From positions 12,385,786 through 12,449,785 of the forward strand of contig JARDVH010000128.1 of NCBI GenBank assembly GCA_030324005.1: a DNA stretch of 64,000 nt, read 5' to 3'. The translations under genes were made by a program, and so were the position numbers. The notes under the pieces are model-generated. The model did not search any database. It saw nothing but the letters and a program-made list of their open reading frames with translations, and was not told the origin of the DNA. This document shows positions 25,278-37,804 of this stretch, piece by piece; within the stretch, counting starts at the first letter, position 1; each line of letters starts with the position of its first letter. This DNA is from Negaprion brevirostris. Taxonomy: Eukaryota.

Positions 25278-26360
25278 CAAAGAACAAAGAACAGCCCAGC
25301 ACGGGAAACAGGCCCTTCGGCCCAACGAGCCCGCGCCGCCACATCCTCCTACNNNNNNNNNNNNNNNNNNNNNNNNNNNNNNNNNNNNNNNNNNNNNNNN
25401 NNNNNNNNNNNNNNNNNNNNNNNNNNNNNNNNNNNNNNNNNNNNNNNNNNNNNNNNNNNNNNNNNNNNNNNNNNNNNNNNNNNNNNNNNNNNNNNNNNNN
25501 NNNNNNNNNNNNNNNNNNNNNNNNNNNNNNNNNNNNNNNNNNNNNNNNNNNNNNNNNNNNNNNNNNNNNNNNNNNNNNNNNNNNNNNNNNNNNNNNNNNN
25601 NNNNNNNNNNNNNNNNNNNNNNNNNNNNNNNNNNNNNNNNNNNNNNNNNNNNNNNNNNNNNNNNNNNNNNNNNNNNNNNNNNNNNNNNNNNNNNNNNNNN
25701 NNNNNNNNNNNNNNNNNNNNNNNNNNNNNNNNNNNNNNNNNNNNNNNNNNNNNNNNNNNNNNNNNNNNNNNNNNNNNNNNNNNNNNNNNNNNNNNNNNNN
25801 NNNNNNNNNNNNNNNNNNNNNNNNNNNNNNNNNNNNNNNNNNNNNNNNNNNNNNNNNNNNNNNNNNNNNNNNNNNNNNNNNNNNNNNNNNNNNNNNNNNN
25901 NNNNNNNNNNNNNNNNNNNNNNNNNNNNNNNNNNNNNNNNNNNNNNNNNNNNNNNNNNNNNNNNNNNNNNNNNNNNNNNNNNNNNNNNNNNNNNNNNNNN
26001 NNNNNNNNNNNNNNNNNNNNNNNNNNNNNNNNNNNNNNNNNNNNNNNNNNNNNNNNNNNNNNNNNNNNNNNNNNNNNNNNNNNNNNNNNNNNNNNNNNNN
26101 NNNNNNNNNNNNNNNNNNNNNNNNNNNNNNNNNNNNNNNNNNNNNNNNNNNNNNNNNNNNNNNNNNNNNNNNNNNNNNNNNNNNNNNNNNNNNNNNNNNN
26201 NNNNNNNNNNNNNNNNNNNNNNNNNNNNNNNNNNNNNNNNNNNNNNNNNNNNNNNNNNNNNNNNNNNNNNNNNATTCTTTCTGCACCTATCCAAAATGCT
26301 CCTGCAAATACCTTCCTCCACTGACCTCGGGCTGTTGGGTGGCCTATAGAGTACCCCTAG
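25278..26360 (-). mobile_element. Young CR1 LINE, mostly inside an N gap
   Basis: 3' tail acaaagaacaaagaacag..caggcccttcggccc left of the gap; endonuclease peptide LGVLYRPPNSPRSVEEGICRSILDRC right of it. Confidence 0.8.
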
Positions 26361-27859
26361 CATTATCTAGTTCTCAGACTGGCTGATGAAGAGTAGTTCT
26401 GATGGATCTGCTGGCTTCTGGGGTAATAAAGATGCAGTCCCTGAAAACAGCTTAGACCACCTGACTTCTGGGTTTCAACCTCTTGAGGTCCAGCAGGGCA
26501 GCATGCCTTTGTGACCAAAAAACACTGTACCCGTCCCACTCTGTCTTCTCCTAGACACAGACTCTCGCCTCCTCTGATGTTCCCAGTCTGTGCTGGATCC
26601 TTTGTCCATCCCTTCTCCCAGTTTAAATTTGGCTAATTATAAGAGTGATTAAGAGTGACCCTTTTACTCTGATGGGGTGGAAGGAAAAGTGAGAAATGAA
26701 AACAACTACAAACTGGAACTCAGGTGTAGCAAAAGAACATTACATAATCATGTTGTCTTGCATATTGTTCGTATTTGATATATTAAACCAGGGGAATGTT
26801 AAAGATGAGTCACTCACTGAACAGTCTTTACTGCCCTGCAAAGGCGTTGTGTGTCCCTTATCTTTACAAAATAAAAGTAAACAAATACCTTCTGTTTATG
26901 ATATTTTTATTCACTTTCACTTGACACTTAAATGGCAAACTCCACTGCTCTTCTGTAGCTGCTGACAACAGTGACACTTGTGGTTACTGTGAGAACTGCA
27001 AGATGAGAATGCCCCAATTACAATAGCTTCGATAACAGTGTTAACAAATCAAACATTCTGCAAGCTAACCAGAACATAAAAATCCGTAAAACCAGCAAAG
27101 AGAGAGAATAGTTTACAAAATGTACTGATTATTTTGTATGTGCACATTCTATCTGGTCAGATTTATGTCCATCAGTCTTATCAAATTTAATTGACACAAA
27201 CCTGAGTCACAAATATAAAAAAGTCAGATGATTTTTGTTGTTGTTGTTACTCCTGTGCATTGTAGTGCATGCCAGTCTTTTAGAGGGACATTCTGTGAAT
27301 TTGTGTGTTTTCTTTATTCATTCATGGGACATGGGCATCACTGGCTGGCCAGCATTTATTGTCCATCCCTAGTTGCCCTAGGAAGGCAGTTGGGAGTCAA
27401 CCAATTGAGTTACATGTGGGCCAGACCAGGTAAGGACAGCAGATTTCCTTTCCTAAAGGAAGTTAGTGAACCAGATAGGTTTTTCTGACAATCAACAATG
27501 GTTTTATGGTCATCAGTAGATTCTGAATTGCAGATTTTTTTTTATTGAATTCAAATTTCCACAATCTGCTGCAGCAGGTTTCGGACCCCAGTCCCCAGAA
27601 CATTAGCTGAGTTTCTGGATTAATAATCTAGTGATAATACCACTGGGCCATCGCCTCCTCAGTGTGCAATATATTCTTCTTGAGCTCTCTTCCCAAGGGC
27701 AGATCCAATCCATACCATGGTTAGGACAAAGAGGCAGCTCCTGAATCACCCCAGCCAGAGTGGAGGTCGAACATCCTGCTTAGCACCAATCTGATCCAAC
27801 TGGCCACCAAGCCAAACAGCCCCCATGAAGCCTAAGTTGCTGTGGTTACATGCATGTAC

Positions 27860-28085
27860 AGATAGTGATGGTAGAGGCTCCAACAATCCTCCCATCACAT
27901 GGCTGACCAGCAATCTCTCCTACTCTTACCACCTGCCTTTGGCAAATGTTGGAAGGATTTACACATTGATATTCATCCTGTTGTCCTCGTGATGATCGTA
28001 CTTCCTTGACCATCGAGTCCTGAACTGGGAGTTGAACCGGGAGCTTCTGGTTTAGAGGCAGGGATGTTAACCACTGCACTACACA
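27860..28085 (-). mobile_element. Third tRNA-derived SINE; head fragment also at 38770-38830
   Basis: Reverse strand begins gtagtgcagtggttaacatccctgcctctaaaccagaagctcccggttcaactccc (A- and B-box-like). Confidence 0.65.
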
Positions 28086-28294
28086 TATTATTTCAGATGA
28101 AAACACAACCAGAAATGGACAGAATGTATCTGCTCTCTTACTGCCTGTAATTAGTAGGTTTTGTATGGAAAGAGCTGTGTGTTTTCTTACCCCTGAGTAT
28201 ATATTCCAATTAATTATGTCAGTAGCCCTCTGTGCATTTAAAATAAAGAAGGATATTCTCACACTTGCATTATGCAATATCATGCACGCAAGCA

Positions 28295-28420
28295 CACTCT
28301 CACTCACTCACCCTCATTCCTCACCTCCCCTCACTCGTCATCTCACTCACTCCTCACCTCACTCACTCCCTCCCTCCTCACTTACTCCTCACCTCACTCT
28401 CCCTCCTCATTCACTCTTTC
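28295..28420. repeat. C/T-rich (ctca/cctca) degenerate minisatellite
   Basis: Repeated ctcactcactcc/cctcacctc units. Confidence 0.8.
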
Positions 28421-29425
28421 CCTATCCCTTCTACAGTCAAACCTAATGGCCCTGTTTTGCTCACACACAAGTTGTGATATTGCACTTCCTGAACACTATT
28501 GGCCCAAAGCACACTCTCTTCCTACCTTACCTGACTTGTTCTCACCAAACATTCTACAATTTCTTCATGTATTTTACTGTCCCTTTGTGATCTAATTCAG
28601 ATGGGAGGTGACAGTGTCACGCGGGGCAATGGAGACAACCCCAAAAGATGCCCAGGGCCCCCAGATTTCTTAAACTGGCTGTGCTGAACACAGCTGAGAG
28701 TGATGCAGCCATTTGAGAAGGAGATGGAGGGGATTGCCGAAGTAATGAAATATGTTGTGATTGTTATTGCAATATAGCTCCCAATTAATCAATTATTAAC
28801 ATAAATGTGTTTGCTGGCATTTGCACATACTGAATTATACTCAACATCAATTATTCAAGGCTTGTTTTTTGTGTTGGCCAAGCTTTCTCGAGGGAGTTTT
28901 CACACTTAGTTCCCATCAGCACGTACACTGTATAAAGATGTAGACTGCAAATGGATTATGAAATAATTAACCTAAGGTTTTAAATAATAAAAGAGAGAGA
29001 GGTTCTACATTTTCTGATGCCGGCAGGAATGATTTGCATGTGATGCCATCTGAAAGGAACGATCATACTTGGCATTGATGCAGGGTTATCCAAGTGCTAT
29101 TCTCCCACTTCAATGCAACGCTTCACTACTCATCGCCTTGTCACATTAACAAACATTCATGTTAATGTTCATTTTCCTTGTGTCCTGCTGAACCTTTCTC
29201 CATATAAATATATAAAATTTACATCATTTTGAAAGTTGAGTGAATCATGTTTTTAGGTGTCCAGATCATCAACAACCTGTCCTGGTCCCCCCATGCCAAT
29301 GCTATAGTTAAAAAAGCCCATGAATNNNNNNNNNNNNNNNNNNNNNNNNNNNNNNNNNNNNNNNNNNNNNNNNNNNNNNNNNNNNNNNNNNNNNNNNNNN
29401 NNNNNNNNNNNNNNNNNNNNNNNNN

Positions 29426-29660
29426 ACTCACTCACTCCCTCCCTCCTCACCTCAATCACTCACTCCATCCTCACCTCAATCACTCACTCCATCCTCACCT
29501 CAATCACTCACTCTGTCCTCACCTCAATCACTCTCTGTCCTCACCTCAACTCCCTCACTCCCTCCTCACCTCACTCCCTCCTCACCTCACTCATTCACTC
29601 CTCATCTCATTCAATCACTTCCTCCTCACCTCATTCACACTCCTCACCTCACTCACACTT
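29426..29660. repeat. C/T-rich minisatellite with a 24-nt core unit (cctcacctcaatcactcactccat)
   Basis: Several near-exact copies; produces spurious HPHLNHSL repeat ORFs. Confidence 0.85.
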
Positions 29661-32600
29661 AAGTGAGAGTTTTATCAAACAAAGCAGGCTGCAAAGTTTC
29701 TGTAGTCCATTATCTAGAAGGTTGTTTCTCAAGTGAACTTTGAAATTGGAACAGGTTGAGTACTATGGCTGTTCAATGACTTGCAACTAGTTTCAGAGTC
29801 TGGTTCTCAGATTGGCTCATGATGGGCAGTTCTAGTGAATCTGCTGGGTCCTGAGGTAATAAAGATGCAATCGTTGAAAGCAGCTTCAACCACAGGATCA
29901 TCCCTGAGGCCCACCCCGTCTAATTGGGTTGGGGGTGGGCATCATGATACAATTGGAAGTTGATAGTGGCCATTGAGTTTTGATCTTCCCTTTCATCTAA
30001 CGTGAAACATGGACACAGGTAGTCTGGATTCTCTATAGTCTTTCAATGGTGGCCATTCCTTCAATGATGACTTGAAAATTTTTGACAAATGGCTGTGTGG
30101 TATCCTCACATATGTATTTGCCAGAGACTGGATACTGCTGTGGTCCAAATGCCATCGTAATAACTTACATGTGTCCATTTTTTAAGTATTGCCTGAAAGT
30201 TCATAATATGAAATGCCTGCTAGAACCCATTTTTAATGCTGGATTTTTTAAGACCCAAAGAGTTAAAATCCTTTTCAGTATTTCTGTCGAGTGTGTGTGT
30301 GTGTCTGTGTGTCTTTCCTCCCTTTCTCTCTATATTTCAGGTGTGTGTGTGTCACTCTGACTCAGCATTTCCTCATTGTTAGTACGGATGCTTTTTCTAA
30401 AGCTTTGTGAGACTATCAGGCTATTGCTTATTTCTGGGATTGGGGATCAACTCAAGATCAGACTGAGTGGAAATACTTAAGATTCCTATATAAGTAGAGC
30501 CAGGACAATGTCTCAATCCAGCCTGTTTGATTGGCACTTCATCCGCTACATTAATCATTCCCTCCCTCCACCAGTGCACAATGGCAGCTGTGTGTGCCAT
30601 TGATAAGATGTACTGCAGCAACTCACCAAGGCTCCTTCAACAGCACCTTTTAAACTCGCATCCTCTTACCCCTAAAAGGGCAAGCGCAGCAGATGAATTG
30701 GAACACCACCACCTACAAGTTCCCCTCCACGCTGCATACCATGTGTTCCCTGTTGCTGAGCCAAGTCCTGGATCTTCCTTCCTAACAGCACTATGGATGT
30801 ATCTACGCTATATGGATTGCAGCAGTTCAAGAAGGAAGCTCAATACTACCTTCTTCAGGACAATTATGAATAGGCAGCAAATGATGGTCCGGTCAATGAT
30901 ACCTACATCCCGAGAATTTTTTTTTTAAATTGGCAAGAATATTCTGGAAAGTAAAGAATGAAAAGATCTGCATTAATATCATGTCTGTCTTAACCTCAGA
31001 ACATCCCAAAGTGCATTACAGCCAATTTGAAGTTGCTGTTATAATGAGGCAGATCGTTTGCACAGAACAAGATCCCCTCAGCAGTAACATACAGAGCTTT
31101 ATCTTTGTACAAACTGCAGACTTTTTCACTCAAAAATACATGAAACCCATTCTGACACTAATAATTCTTTACATGGAGATTGAAGAACTGCACACTTGGA
31201 AAGTTCATGTTCAGAACTTACAAAGGTGGCATTAAATCCTTCAGTCACACGTTCACTCCTGTGAACGATCTTTAATTTTAATTTACAATCATCTATGGAA
31301 ACTTATATTCAGTTTCTGGACATTCCTGAATTATTCATAATCCATCCATCTCCAAGCACTCATCCTGTACTTTAACATTGTGTTCTAATTCTCTTCTGCC
31401 TTTTGATTGGAGAAGATGATTTTATATGTTCTGCTGCTTGAAGGAGAGCAGTATATATTTGGGGGGGCCAGAGACATGGTGTAAAGGTGATGTTCTTTGA
31501 TCTCTAAAAGAAAACAAATCCTTTCATGAAACACAGTTGGAGTTCCCCTCTCCAAGATACAGTGCCTGTGTTGTACTGATCCACATACTTAAATCTGGGC
31601 AAGACAGGGAAGGAAAAGAAATATCACAGCTTCTACTACTTGATCAGTATCCAAAAACTCTCACTGGAGAGAACATGTGAACATGCACGTGAGCATGCAT
31701 GCATGTGTGTGTGTGTGTGTGTGTGTATGCGAATATATGTGTCCATGTGGGTGTGTGATTGGGATCATGATCTTGTTGGCCCACTGTGCCGGTTGATTGA
31801 TGTGGCGAGCCAGAAAGAGACCAAAAAGCCAGTTCGCGCCAGGCATGAACTGTTTTGATGCCGAACACCATCTTCCGAGCTTTGATTTGCCAATAGATTG
31901 GCTTTGTGACGAGAAAGGGCATAAAGCTGATTTGAATATTAACTTGACATTACCGGGCACTGGCATGGCCGCTCCTGGCTTCCTGGACGCTTCCCCTCTC
32001 ATTGGCGAGCCATCTCCCCAACAGAATCACTCATGGTCCCCATGGGGCCATGGGCACCAGGGCCATACTGTGGGGATCAGATGCCATTGAAGCCCCAAGG
32101 GTGGCCGTGGACAGTGCAAAGGGTGGGGGGGGGAAAGAGCGGAGCTGTGGACAGGTTGGGCCGCAGTGGGACTCATGGCAGGGACTCACTGGGGGTGTCT
32201 GTTGCCCTGATTCTGGCGACCTGTGTTGCCACAGGGAGAGGGGAGGGGCGGGATATGGATGTTACACTACTGCCAATGATGGGATGAGGTGGGAAGCAAT
32301 GACTATGGGGAGAGGTGGGAAGGAATGGCAGGAGGTCTCCCAATGGTGCCTGAATGCTCTATCGCTGGCTTCCCTGGTGTGCATAGGCTCCACTTCCTTT
32401 TTCAGGCATGAATATCCCAACTGCCAAAAGAATTGACAGAATGTTGTAAGATTGCAGTGCCGAACTTGCACCTAAAATAGGAGTGAAACAGTCCCGTTTT
32501 CAAGCTTTTTTGACAGTTAGTGTGGGATTTTCCAGCCACGCTCGTCCTAAGACCAGAAAATCCTCCTGAGGCCAATGGACCTTTGCATGGTCCATGTCCC

Positions 32601-32662
32601 TCCATTCTCGTGGCAGGTGGGATGGGAAAATTCTGCCTGGATGGTGCGATCTTACAGAAAAA

Positions 32663-32776
32663 ACACAATCCCCAAGGATCACTCTAAATAGAAACACAAT
32701 CCACAAGGATCACTCTAAATACTGACACAATCCCCAAGGATCACACTAAATAGTGACACAAACCCCAAGGATCACT
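32663..32776. repeat. 31-nt minisatellite, about 3.7 copies
   Basis: acacaatccccaaggatcactctaaatag repeated with period 31. Confidence 0.92.
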
Positions 32777-32789
32777 TGATGTGTCGACG

Positions 32790-33560
32790 GAGCCAGAAAA
32801 TGGGAGTTTCAGACTCAAGCCTGAGCTTGCTGGGGAAACCGGCCACTGAGCCCCAGGAACGCAATTGAGGAGGCATTGTGATCTCGCAGTGTACTGGTAG
32901 ATCTCCTGCTGCCCCCTCCTCCCCAACCCCCAATAGACATCAGAACCCCTNNNNNNNNNNNNNNNNNNNNNNNNCATCAGAATGCCCACTGACATCCCCA
33001 TCCCCCTCCCTCCCACCCTGATCACCACCCTGCAGAGTTCCCTTCCCTTCTACCCCTATTTCAACCCACTCTGCAGAGTTTCATCCCCCCTGCTGTCAAT
33101 CACAACCCCAGCAGTGTTCTCACCTTCCCTTCCACCCTGGCAGACTTCCCATTCCCACCCCTCCGCCACCCACCCATCATAGCTCCACCCTAGTTATGGT
33201 GCCCAGTGGGTAGTGTCAAGGTGACTGGTGGGCAGTGCTGCTGGGGGAGACCATCTGTCATTCTTGCTGGGGAGAACCCTGACCAACAAAGTGGTGAAGG
33301 TAAGTGAGCCCGGACGATAGCATCCAGGACTCGTTAATGATATGTAAACCATGTCATTAATATTTAAATTCCCCTCTCTGGGCACAAAGCTAATTTCACC
33401 AACAAAACAGGGCTGGTGCGATCAGGGGAGGCGGAAAACCCCGCGTGTTGCTGGTTTTTCACCTCTCATCCCATCTTACCACTTTGCCTCACTGAAAATC
33501 AAGCAGAATGAAGTCATAAGATCGCACCCTTAGAATTTTTTTTGGTAAGATTGCGCCCCT
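32790..33560. mobile_element. GC-rich MITE-like element (Harbinger-like end family)
   Basis: Right end ttagaattttttttggtaagattgcgcccc resembles the other MITE ends; similar GC-rich elements at 31770-32420, 51294-51730 and 53797-54450. Confidence 0.6.
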
Positions 33561-33749
33561 TTCCTTGGATGAGATGTAAAGAACGGTCGAACGGGTAGAG
33601 TATGACATCTAGGCCTTCTGGAATCATTCCCCAGCACGTGAGGGGAGGGGACATGGGAGGAGGAAAGTTGGAGGGCAAGAGGTCCCAAAGGGAAAATGTC
33701 TTTGAGGATGAATAGATCAGCATAAATTTCACTCTTTCTATTTATACAG

Positions 33750-33929
33750 AGCCTGCCACGGAATATTCCAGCCACCGTTATCTCTCAGACTTTCTGCCAT
33801 TCCTGTCAGAAGAGGAATGGACAGGAGCAGGCGAGTTCATCCACATCAGAGGAATCTCCTGAAGATAATGAATTTTTTGTGCAGGAGCCACGACTGAGAC
33901 GGAGGCCAAACCTCAAAGTTTACGGAATC
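33750..33929 (+). CDS. CARD11: CARD11 coding exon (approx. exon 10), start of inhibitory linker: SLPRNIPATVISQTFCHSCQKRNGQEQASSSTSEESPEDNEFFVQEPRLRRRPNLKVYGI
   Basis: ttctatttatacag acceptor, ATC|gtatgt donor, 180 nt, phase 0-0; SLPRN, NGQE and SSTSEESPED motifs match CARD11; not reported in the ORF track. Confidence 0.92.
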
Positions 33930-35663
33930 GTATGTAGCTGTTAACTTATAAGATTAGCTTTCTTTGGTGAAAGGTTCAAATGAAATGCCAGTCCTAGTGA
34001 TGCAGACTGAAGATCTCCTGTATGTTGTAAGCATCCAGGGCTCGTTAATGATATGTAAACCATGTCATTAATATTTAAATTTCCTGTATGTATTTAAAGC
34101 TTTCGCTACCTTAAGATATGAAGCATTTTTTTGAAGGATGAGGGACAGTGATATAATGACTGACTCATGTCTTTGACTTACTGCTGATTGAAAGGAGTCC
34201 AAATAAATTCAATTAAATTCTTGCTGAATGTGGCGACACAGCACAATGCGAACCCTAATTTGCAGTGATTAGTATCTACCAAAAAAAACTTGGGACCAAG
34301 CCATAACCATGAAAAATTAAGAATGATTTATAAACGCGACTAGGCTACAGTATTGTGCAGCAGTGTGAGGTGATGTAATGGTGTGATATGAGTTACTTTT
34401 GACTATCCTTGGTGTCCATTATCTTCTCATCTGCCTGAGAATCTTCTTCATTATTTTTTACTCTTCTTGTGCCATGCGTTTAACTTGGTGAAAGATGTGG
34501 GATGGAGATCAGCTCCAGCCTGTTGTCAGTAAGCCAGTTTTGCCTTGTTCCTTGGAAAGAAATTTCTCGACCTCCACTTGACTCCCGCCCCAGGGCAGCA
34601 TGATAAAAGTAGGGAATTCACTGCCTCGGACTATCTATGATCACAAACACGCACATGTTCCATGCTGCAGTTTGTCAGAGCTGGAATGCATCCAGGCNNN
34701 NNNNNNNTTTTATGTTGCTGAAAATTAAAAAAGCTCACCAGTGTTTCATTCACTCCTTTTACACCTAGAGCGGTCATTTTGAGTTTGCATGATGGTGTAA
34801 CCTGAGCAATTTCCATCGAGTTCCAATAGATATGCAAATTGGGAGATTTATAATTGGTGTCCGCATTGATGTCACTGATTTCACTTGGTTACTCAAAGTC
34901 AAAATCATTCCCAGTCCACTTATTTCAATCATTGTATTTAGGTTTATAAAGCACATTTGATACAATGATGGGGGAGATTACCTGACCTCCCCGTGGCATG
35001 TTTCTCACAGCGGGAGGCAGCACCCCATTTGCGGGCAATGGGATCTTCCAGTCCCGCCGCTGTCCACGAGATTTCCCGTCGACTGAACCCCAATGCTACC
35101 GGGAAACCCACAGAAGATCAGAATTAGAAGATTCCACCAGTATGAACAGCTGGAAAATTCTTGTCAATATGTTTGATCATGATATCCTGCTAAAGAAGAA
35201 CCATCATGTNNNNNCAGTTATTTACACAATCTCTCCATCTCTTAACATATTTTAATTTCCTTTACTATGCATTAACCTATCTTAATATAATATCAGCCAT
35301 TTGACCATCTGACCTCATTATAGCATGGGATCAAACGTGCACAAAAATGTTAAATTCAGAGGTGAGGTGAGAGTGACTACCCTTGACATCAAAGCAACGT
35401 TTGACTGACTGTGGCACCAAGGACCCCTAGCAAAACTGGAGTCAATGGGAATCAAGGAGGCAATTCTCAGCTGGTTGGAGTCAGACCTAGCACAAAGAAA
35501 GGTGGTTGTTTAATGTCAATCAACTCAGTCCCAGCACATACATGCAGGAATTTCTTAGGACAGTGTCCTCAGCCCTATCACTTTCAGCTGGTTCACATGC
35601 TGAAGTTATCCATGTGCATTTGCAGCAAGANNNNNNNNNNTGGACAACATTCTGACTGCAGCT

Positions 35664-35972
35664 TGGTGGCACAGTGATTGGCACTGCTGCCTCACAGTGC
35701 TGGGGACCCAGGTTCAGTGCTGGCCTCGATTCATTGTCTGTGTGGAGTTTGTAGGTTCTCCCTGTGTCTGCGTGGATTTCATCTGGGTGCTCCAGTTTCC
35801 TCCCACAGTCCAAACTTATGCAGGTTAGGTTGATTGGCCATGCTAAATTACCCCTTAGTGTCGGGGGACTAAATAGATAGAGTGACAGGGATAGGGCCTG
35901 GGTGGGATTGTTCTCAGTGCAAACATGATGGGCCAAATGGCCTTTTTCTGCACTGTTGGGATTCTATGATTT
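35664..35972 (+). mobile_element. HE1-like V-SINE (tail A) nested in a LINE fragment
   Basis: Head, V-domain and tail gatgggccaaatggcct...gggattctatgatt. Confidence 0.88.
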
Positions 35973-37755
35973 TGTGATACGTTGCAAGTAACATTTGCAC
36001 CACACAAACCAAACGCCAACAACAGAAACTCTAACCATCTTCCCTTGACATTATATGCCATCAGCATTGCTTAATCCTCACTATCAGCATCCTGAAGGTT
36101 ACCACTGACCAGAAACTGGATCAGTCATATAAATACCGTGTCTGCAACAGCAGATCAGAAGCTCTGAATTCTGCGGTGAGTAATTTGCTTCCTGACTTCC
36201 CAAAGCCTGTCCAAAATCTACACAGCACAAGTTCGGAGTTTGATGGGAAGCTCTCGCTTTTCTGGGTGAATGCTGCTCCAACAACTCTCAAGATGATTGA
36301 CACCATCCAGGACAAGACTAACTGCTTAATTGACACTCCCTCCACCACCTTCAACTTTCACTCCCACCAACACTGATGTTTAATGGCTGAAATGTGAAAC
36401 GACCACAAGATACACTGCAGCAACGATCCAGAGCCCCTTCGACAGCACCTGAATTGCTTGTATCTTCCCCCATTTGGAAGGACAAGGGCAGCACTTGCAT
36501 GGGAACACTACCAAGTTCCCCTCCAAATCACTCACCATTCTGACTTGGAAGTACATTGCTGTTCCTTCACTGTCATTAAGTTAAAGATCCTGGAATTCCC
36601 TCCATAACAGCACTGTGGGTGTACCCACATCACAGGGATTACCACAATTCAAGAAGACGACTTACCACCAGCTTCTTGGGGACAATTAGGGATGGACAAT
36701 CAATTCTGGCCTAGCCAGCGATGCCCACAATCCATGACAGAATAAATTTTTAAAATCTCGCATTTTGTTATTAATCACTTTAAGAATATATCCCCTCTTA
36801 TGCTCTGTGTGTTCCCTTCCTTCTCTTTGACATCATGTTTTTCTAAAAATCATTCATCTGTCATTCCTATTCAGCTGTCATAGACTCTATACCTGAATTG
36901 CTAATAAGTGTGTTTTAGCAACAGCTGCTGACTGGGCTGCTGAATAATTCCAGCTTTTTCTATTTTTCTTTCAGATTTGCAGCAGCTTTGGTTCTTGTCT
37001 GCTTTTCCAACCTTCTGACCGGACCTTCCTCGCTCCCAACCCCGACCCTGTGAATTGCAAATCAGCTGTAATACAGTAGCCATTGCTCTTGTTTTCACTA
37101 AAGCCTAAATTTCCCATTACCTGTGTCTTAGCTGAGTTCCACAGGTGACATGAAGCTCAGTGGGTTGACTAAGAATTTCACCATCATCTCCAAAGCCCTT
37201 TTTCCTTGGCCCCCCACAGACTTTTCCTTCTGACAGTGTCTCCACTGCTGACCTGTTTCTAATTCCCCATTTTTTCCCTTCCGTTGATCTGACTCCTTGA
37301 GTGACTCTGCACTCATCTTTTTTGGAACTCCTCCTGAAAATTTTGTCCTTGCCACCTTTCTGACAGATTTCAACAACCAGCCAAACAACAGTTAGTTGCC
37401 TCTGTCAGTCCCTTCCTTCCATTTTTCTCCTGCTGCTCTGTGTCCATTCATTATTCTTCACCAGTTAACACACTCTGACTTCTGTGCATGGGAAGTTCCA
37501 AAGAAGCTTACTTTGCTTTGGTTGTAGATTAGCAGCCAATAATTGTACCATTTGTGACATTTACAAGCAAGTGAGCAAGTGTTTTCCATGACACACACAC
37601 TTTACAATCTGTTTTCCTTATTTTAAATGGGTTTGAATGTTAAATAATGTGGAGGAGTTTAATAAAAACAGATGTGCATATTGCACAAGATTTATTTTTA
37701 GTCCATTTACTAAAAACACTGTTTTAACTTTTTTATTGTCACTTCTAAAATTTAG

Positions 37756-37804
37756 GGAAGACCGAAGTCACCGTGCACCTTCCCCAGACAACAAGATTAT
37801 CAAG
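37756..37804 (+). CDS. CARD11: CARD11 coding exon (approx. exon 11): GRPKSPCTFPRQQDYQ
   Basis: aaaatttag acceptor after a T-rich tract, AAG|gtacgt donor, 49 nt, phase 0-1; resembles human RAKSPISLKRTSDFQ in motif and size. Confidence 0.82.

Noticed and set aside
32663-32776. Regularly spaced repeats resembling a CRISPR array
   Set aside because: Head-to-tail 31-nt minisatellite without unique spacers, in a vertebrate intron.
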